Assembly: GCA_013239625.1 (NCBI GenBank)
Contig: MU054220.1
Span: 2,541,374-2,605,373 of the forward strand
Reading direction: 5' to 3'
DNA from: Lama guanicoe
Lineage: Eukaryota
Length of the DNA stretch: 64,000 bases
Below the pieces are notes generated by a model. That model saw only the letters and a program-made list of their open reading frames with translations, searched no databases and was not told the DNA's origin. A program made the translations under genes and the position numbers. The stretch's first letter is position 1; the number at the start of each line of letters is the position of its first letter. Shown in pieces: positions 57,556 through 64,000 of this stretch.

Positions 57556-59549
57556 AAGATATGTTGCAAAAAAAAAAAAATAGAAGATATGTTGCTAAGT
57601 AAACAAAACCTGCATGTTCAAAATAATATGAATTGCATGATTCCAATTTTATTTTTAAATGTATGTTTACATATATTTACACATGTACATAGAAAAGTGG
57701 ACAGGAAGGTTAAAAACTGAAATGTCAGCAGAGGTTATTTCAAGATGGTGAGGCTACAAGGATTTCATGTGTTCTTTTGTCTTTTTATCTGTACTTTCTA
57801 ACTGAGCTACAACAGAAATAGTACTTTTTAGATAAGAAAAAATAATAAAAAGTATAAATGGTATGATCCATATGGATCCAAATCATAAAAAAATACCTTA
57901 TTCATGATTATGTAGAAAAAAGACGGAAAAGGAAATGTAAATGTTAACATTTAAGGGCATGTTTAAAATATATTGTTAAGAGAAAAAGGGATTATTAAAC
58001 AGTATAATTCCAGGGTTTTTTCCTCTTTTTGTAAAAAGAAGAAAATTAAACTAAAACAAATATAGTGTTATATACCAATTATATCTAGTTTAAAAAAAGA
58101 ATTAAGTGATATAAATAGATGCTAGAAACAGGACCAGGAGGAGATAAGGCAATATATAAATAGTCTGATTACAAAGGAGAGATTCTGGTGTTTCTTATTT
58201 TCTCTTTATACTTTTTGCTATTTTCTCAATCTTTTCCCAATAAACCTATATGAATCTTACTTATTTATGTTTTTATTTAGAGAAATTTTGACAATCCAGA
58301 AAATGATGCTACAAACAACACACACATCCCTACTGCCCAGGTTAAAATAATTAATATTTTGTTATATTAAATTCATGTCTTTATTTTTAAGAAACAAAGA
58401 AGAACAATAAAGTCCTCTTTATGTATGTCTACCATGACTATTAAAAACATTTAAATTAGAGAGAACTTGCCTTGTCTGGGAAGGCCAGGGTGGGGCTGTG
58501 GGAGGGCAGGGGGGAAGCATTCAAGGCCTGTTAACTTCCTTCCACCTTCAGCCCAGGGTTTGGCTCCAAGTGCCTATTTCCAGGATGGAGGCGGCCTGGG
58601 TACAAGGGTGCCAGATTTGCCTGGCACTTCCCCTGGAACATATAGTGGCAGGCAGGGCTGAAGAGGAGGGTCCCAGGCGAGCTCTTCCCTCCTGAGGTCA
58701 GTTGGTGCCCAACTAGTGTTTACACAGAGGGTGGGGTTCCCAGTCGCCCAGTTCTGAGGCCTCTGCTCTCAGGGGAGCTGGCCCACGGCAGGCCACAAGC
58801 GAAGGGTGGCAAAACCACTGTCTCCTGAGAGGCTCGGAGGCTGGCCTGCTGCTGGGAGGATGCTGGGAAATGGGGGCCCGCAGCTAGGTGGTGCAGTGGT
58901 CAGTGGAGGTTAAGGAGATCCAGAAAAAGGGAATAGGCAGGAGCACTCACATTTCCTAGACCTTCCGTGGGTGGTTATTACCTCCAGAGGCTCAGAATGG
59001 CTGGGTCACTTGCCCCAGGTCTCATAGCTCCTATCAGTCCAGGCTGAGATTCAGATGACCCTGAGTCTCGCGCTCGCGCTCCTTCAGCCACACCAGGCTA
59101 TGTCATGGGGTAGTTAGGAGGGAGCCATTCTGCATGGCTCAGAGCCTGGAGCAAGACTTGGGGTCATTTGGAGGTTGTTTTCCAGGAGGTGGTGGGATCT
59201 TGGGGTGACATGTTTTGAGGCAGTTGGTCCTCACTCGTGTGAGTTCAAAACAGCATCGGCCACTGTCTGGCTCAGAGGCTCAGAGAATTTGGGCAAGACT
59301 GAACTAATTTTGGAGAAGGAGTTTCTCAATGTCCTTTCTTCTTGACTTTGTGGAGAGCAAAAGCCTCCAGGCTCATAACCAGCTCTTCAGAAAAATACCC
59401 GAGCATCTCCCCAGAATGAGGAAGGGGATGAGAATGGAGCCACTCAGCCCTTCCCACTCACCTGCCAAACACATGGCCCTTCACTGTCCCCTCCTGGGCC
59501 AAGATGGGGGTCAGGCCAGTGTGTCCACATGTGTCTGTGTATAGGTGGG

Positions 59550-59598
59550 TGTGTGCGCGTGCACACACACACACATACACACTCACACACACACACGC
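59550..59598 (+). repeat. (GT)/(CA)n alternating repeat
   Basis: GTGTGCGCGTGCACACACACACACATACACACTCACACACACACACGC. Confidence 0.85.
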
Positions 59599-60863
59599 AA
59601 ACATCGGCAGGGGCAACCTCACAGTGGACCACCATTTTCAGGCCTGCCCTTTGTCTCCAACTTCTGGCACACATCCCAAAGTTGGAACAGGCTTGTAGCC
59701 CCAGGCTGGGTCATGGATGAGCTCTGTGAGTGATCTATTTCCCTATGGGCCTCCTACTTCCTTGACTCAAATGCCAAGACCATGACCCTCTTTATGCCAG
59801 AGTCATGGGCCATAAGAGTCACGTTAACTCCTCCTGGGGATGTGAAGTCTTCTAGCAGATAGAGTTGGTTTAAATTTTGGCTCTGCTGAATTCTGGCTTT
59901 GTGAACTTGGCAGTCTCCTTAACCTCTCTGAGGCTCAATGCCTTTATCAAACAGGGATGTTTTTGTTGATGATGATGATAACAGACACATACCTCCTCTT
60001 CTAGTGGCTAGAGGACTAGACCCGATAGTACACAGGAAGTGTATGTGTTTCCCACAGAGTCTGGCAAATAGCAAATACCCTGTGGAGGCACCACATACTT
60101 GCGTAGCCCTCTGCCTCTCCCACCCTCAGCCCTGCCTCAGGATCCAGCTTTCACTCAGAAGTGGCAGGGAAGGGACAAAACCTCCATCCCCTTCTCAGCA
60201 TTGAGTATTCCTGTGCTCAGGACCATGTCAGCTATAATGTCTGAGGACCAGCTGGAGGAAGAACTGTGGCTGAGTCTGAGGTGCTAGAGAAATGGGTGCC
60301 AGTCCTGGTGGGAGACCAGCAGGTGGCCCCTGGATGCACAACCCGCAATCCTACTGCTTCCCCATTTGACTGCCCCACACCAGACCCCACCATATCTCTT
60401 CTGCTCCTGCCCTCTGAAGATCCTCACAGACGAGTCACTGGTTCCTCTGGTGCTTCCCAGGCTATTATGATTATTAACAACAATTATGACTGCTGCTTCT
60501 GTTACTGACCACTGGCTCTGTGCTAGTCATGGCACCAGGCATTATCTCATTTCGTTGTCATGGCAACCCGAGAGGGGGTACTATATTATCCCCATAACAC
60601 AGAGGAGGGCACTGAGGTCCAGAGGGGTTAAGTGACTTGGCCACACAGGGAAGAAGTAGTCCAGCTGGATTCTACTAAGGCTGGGAGAACATGAGGGCAG
60701 AATGGCTCACCAGTTGCCAAGGCTCCTGGTCTGGGATCCATGGGGTCTTGCTGGGGGCTGCTCCATTCTGTTCATGGTTACCTAACCTGACTCAAAGGGC
60801 ACTCTGGTGGCCTGGCTGCAGGATGGAGCTTCTGCCCATCCTGATGCTCAGGAGTTTCTTGCC

Positions 60864-61183
60864 TGCTATGGTCTGAATGTTTGTGTCCCCTCCAAATTCG
60901 TATGTTGAAATCCCAACACCCAAGGTGATCATCTTAGGAGATGAGGCCTTTGGGAGACGCTTACGTCATGAGAATGGAGCCTCATGAAAGGAATTTGCGC
61001 TCTTAGGAGAGTCCCCACAGAGCTCCCTAGCCCTTCTGGAAGAGGGCTTTCACCAGAACCCCACCATGCTGGCATCCTGACCTGGGATGTCCAGCTACTG
61101 GAACTGAGAGAAATAAATTTCTGTTGTTTGTTAGCCACTCAGTTTGTGGTATTTTCTGATAGTGGCTCGAATGGACTAAGACA
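60864..61183 (+). mobile_element. MLT1A-like solo LTR, apparently nested in an older MLT1 remnant
   Basis: TGCTATGGTCTGAATGTTTGTGTCCCC...AAATAAATTTCTGTTG...GGACTAAGACA. Confidence 0.8.
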
Positions 61184-62790
61184 TCATCACTCCGCCCAGG
61201 AAGACCCTGACCACATCCACAGCTGGGGACCCTGAGAACTTAGACTAGTGGCCACATCAAGCTGCAAGGGAGGCTGGGAAATGTAGTCCTTACCAGGCAG
61301 CTATCGGCTTGGCCTCAAATCAGAAGTCATGTTATTAAAGAAGGGGAGAGTGGATATTAGGGAACCAGAGAAGTCTCTACGACACACTGATTAGTTTAGG
61401 CCCAGATTCCTGAACCAGTTCATTGGGTAGGGTGGGGGGCCCACCCCTGGAGGGGGTCAGCACGGGGTCAGCTTCCACTGAGGCACATGGGCTTTTATGC
61501 CTCTGTACTCTGGGTCTGTTTGTTATGGCAGCTTAGCTTGTCCACTAAATTATACACTGTGCCTTGCATTTCTTTGGCTTCTCTTAGTAAGCTGGAAGGA
61601 GGAGAATGGGTGTTGGGTAACCAGCCAGCGGGGTCCACTACAATACCTGCCTTCCAGGCCCTAAATCCCAATGATAACAGAGGAGGGAATCAAGACAAGG
61701 CTTCTAAGAAGGGATAGGAGAGTATCATGCTTTCTTCTTGTCTGGGTCTTAAAGGAAATGTGGGAATTCCCCAGATAATTTTGGTTGGGGAAGGGCCTTT
61801 CAGACAAGAGAACAGCAACATCAGAGGCTTGAGGCCTGCAGGGTGTGGCTAGGAAGTGGGAGGGTGGGAGCTGCCCTGGGAGCAGTTAATGATTGGCACC
61901 TGAGGGGGTAGGGTGGGTGGCGGGCAGCAGCCTGTCTGACAGGCCTCTGGAAGCCATGTAGGGTTTTTAAACCAGCGGAGACATGGTTAGATCTGTGTCT
62001 TTTTCTGAGGTAGAGACTGGAGGATGACTCGTTAGGAAGCTATTTCACAAATTTGGTTGAGTAATGAAGAGAGCCTGCATCAGGGCTGTGGTAGGGGGGA
62101 AGAGAGACTAGGAGATAGTTTGTAGAGAGATTTTGGTGGTAGATCTGACAGAACTTGGCAACCGAGTGACTGAGGGAGGTTGAGCAAGGACAAGATGTAG
62201 GGGGTTAAATATGGTTAAATATGACCCTAAGTCCATATGCTTGTGCTAGAAATCTGGAGGAGTACCAGGAAAGCAAGTTTTGGGCGTGAGAGGAAAAAAC
62301 AACTAGCCACCGTCCTCAGCCTGGTCCACAACGGACTTCTTTGGGTCCCTTGAATGACGAGGTTCTCTCTTAACTCAGGGCTTCTCTCCCTACTCCATGG
62401 CACACTCCTTCATCCTCAGATCTCCAACTGGCTAATTCCTCATTTCCTCCAAGAGCCTTTCTTCACTGCCCCCACAAGCTAGGTAAGAAACTGTCTTCGA
62501 TTTTCTTATAGTTTCCCATTTCTTTTCTTTACAAGACTCTCACTCAGGTCCCTCAGTCATTTCCAAGAGGGACCACGTCTGTCTTGTTTGTGGCTTCATT
62601 CTCAGCACCTTGTCCAGCACCTGGCACACAGTGGGCACTCATGCTGGATTTGAGGTATTCAACAGTTGTCACTGGAAATAGGAGTTGGCCAATAGTTTTT
62701 ATCAGGGCCCATTCAGATGTGATGCAAAGCAATGAGGTCAGCATGGGGATGGGTTATGTGATCCTTTTATAGGACTGGATTACTCTAGAC

Positions 62791-63024
62791 CAGTGGTCCT
62801 CAATCAGGGGCGATTTTCTCAACCAAGGACATTTGGCATGTCTAGAGATATTGTTGGTAATCCTGACTGTGTGTGTGTGTGTGTGCGCGTGCGCGCGCAC
62901 TACTGCATGTAGTGGGTAGAAGCCAAGGATACTGCTAAACATCCTACAATGAACTAAACAGTACCCCCCCAACAAAGAATTATCCAGCCCAAAATGCCAA
63001 TTGTGCCCAAGTTGAGAAACCCTG
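62791..63024. mobile_element. MER20-like hAT element with internal (TG)/(CG) tract
   Basis: CAGTGGTCCTCAA...TTGAGAAACCCTG termini; flanks CTCTAGAC and GTCTAGAG fit the hAT target preference. Confidence 0.8.
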
Positions 63025-64000
63025 GTCTAGAGATGAGTGAGCTAACTGGATGGCCAAGAGCTCACTGGGCAAACTGGCTGCTACGACCCAATTGAGGAAG
63101 AGCAAGAGAAGCTTAGTGGCTGTCACAAGAAATATGGACTTGTGATGTGCAGCCAGGAACCACCTTGGATCGGTCTCAGTCAAAAGCCCAACACCTTGGG
63201 TAGTTTCTCCCTAACTCAACTCCCAGCGGTAAGCCCAGGAGGCCCAGCCTGGCACTCGCCTCTCTCTGACTCACTCCATTGGGTTTCTCTTGCTTTTTGG
63301 TGGAAGCGGCCACCACACACTCTTCCCACCCCATCTGCCTCACTGATTATTTTCAGCTTGGCTTGCAGAGGCCCAACGCTGCAATTACACCCCAACCTCA
63401 ATGGCTCCTTCTGAAAATAACATTTGGGTCGAAGAAAACCTCAGTCTGGTGGGCTGGATTTTATACTAAACAGTTAAAGAGTGGGTGTGGGCATGGGGGC
63501 AGGGGTGGGGACAAGGGAGTGGCACAATGGTACAATTAAGAGAAGAATCTGGAAGAAAGGGGAGGAATAGGAAGAGGAGAGAAGGAAGGGGTGGTGGTAA
63601 GGGCTGTTGCAGAGAGAAAATATGTCTATGGGGCAGGGGTCAGCCATCTTCTCGAAGTCTTATGCCAAGTCTCCATTTAAGCCCCTAATTGAAGGTTTTG
63701 TTTGCCGAAATAACTCACCCCTACCCCCAGTCATTGAGGCCTGGGAAATTTATATCTGCCTGGGGCCAGAAGAGTTAGTCTATGGGCATACCAATCTTTA
63801 TCCAAGCTAGTGACCAGATTTTCCAACCCTGAAATGGGAGCCACATGGCTTGACATAGGATTTTTGTTCTAGTTCCAGGACAGCACGGCAGTCTGGGAAA
63901 TGTAGTTTTGATGCTGATAGGTGGAATTTCAAGCAATTCCATGGTCAGTGGAGGAGATAAGATAGGATCTTCAAAGGAGGGCTTCCTAGGGAAATCAGAG

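Overview
Mammalian genomic DNA. A lineage-specific tRNA-derived SINE (Vic-1-like) suggests a camelid host; this is an inference. The window contains one complete protein-coding gene on the minus strand, CREB3L1 (OASIS), an ER-anchored bZIP transcription factor. I mapped all 12 coding exons by hand, with GT-AG junctions and consistent phases: ATG at 40430, TAG at 7469, 1563 nt, 520 aa. The promoter lies in a CpG island at about 39.6-41.0 kb. About 23 kb of upstream and 6 kb of downstream DNA are intergenic and rich in repeats (SINE, MIR, L2, L1, MaLR and ERV LTRs, hAT elements, microsatellites). I see no second gene and no convincing new multi-gene system; apart from the CREB3L1 exon frames, the ORF track looks like noise. 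The best leads are regulatory: (1) two back-to-back uORFs (TGA-ATG) in the presumed 5' leader, (2) a second CpG-island promoter-like element in intron 1 that could give an N-truncated isoform, (3) an upstream solo LTR pointing at the gene and carrying duplicated CACGTG boxes, (4) a Pumilio/CPE cluster in the 3' UTR, and (5) very short, apparently young retrotransposition scars with perfect target-site duplications (TSDs). Repeat family names and comparisons to human come from recalled consensus sequences, not database searches.
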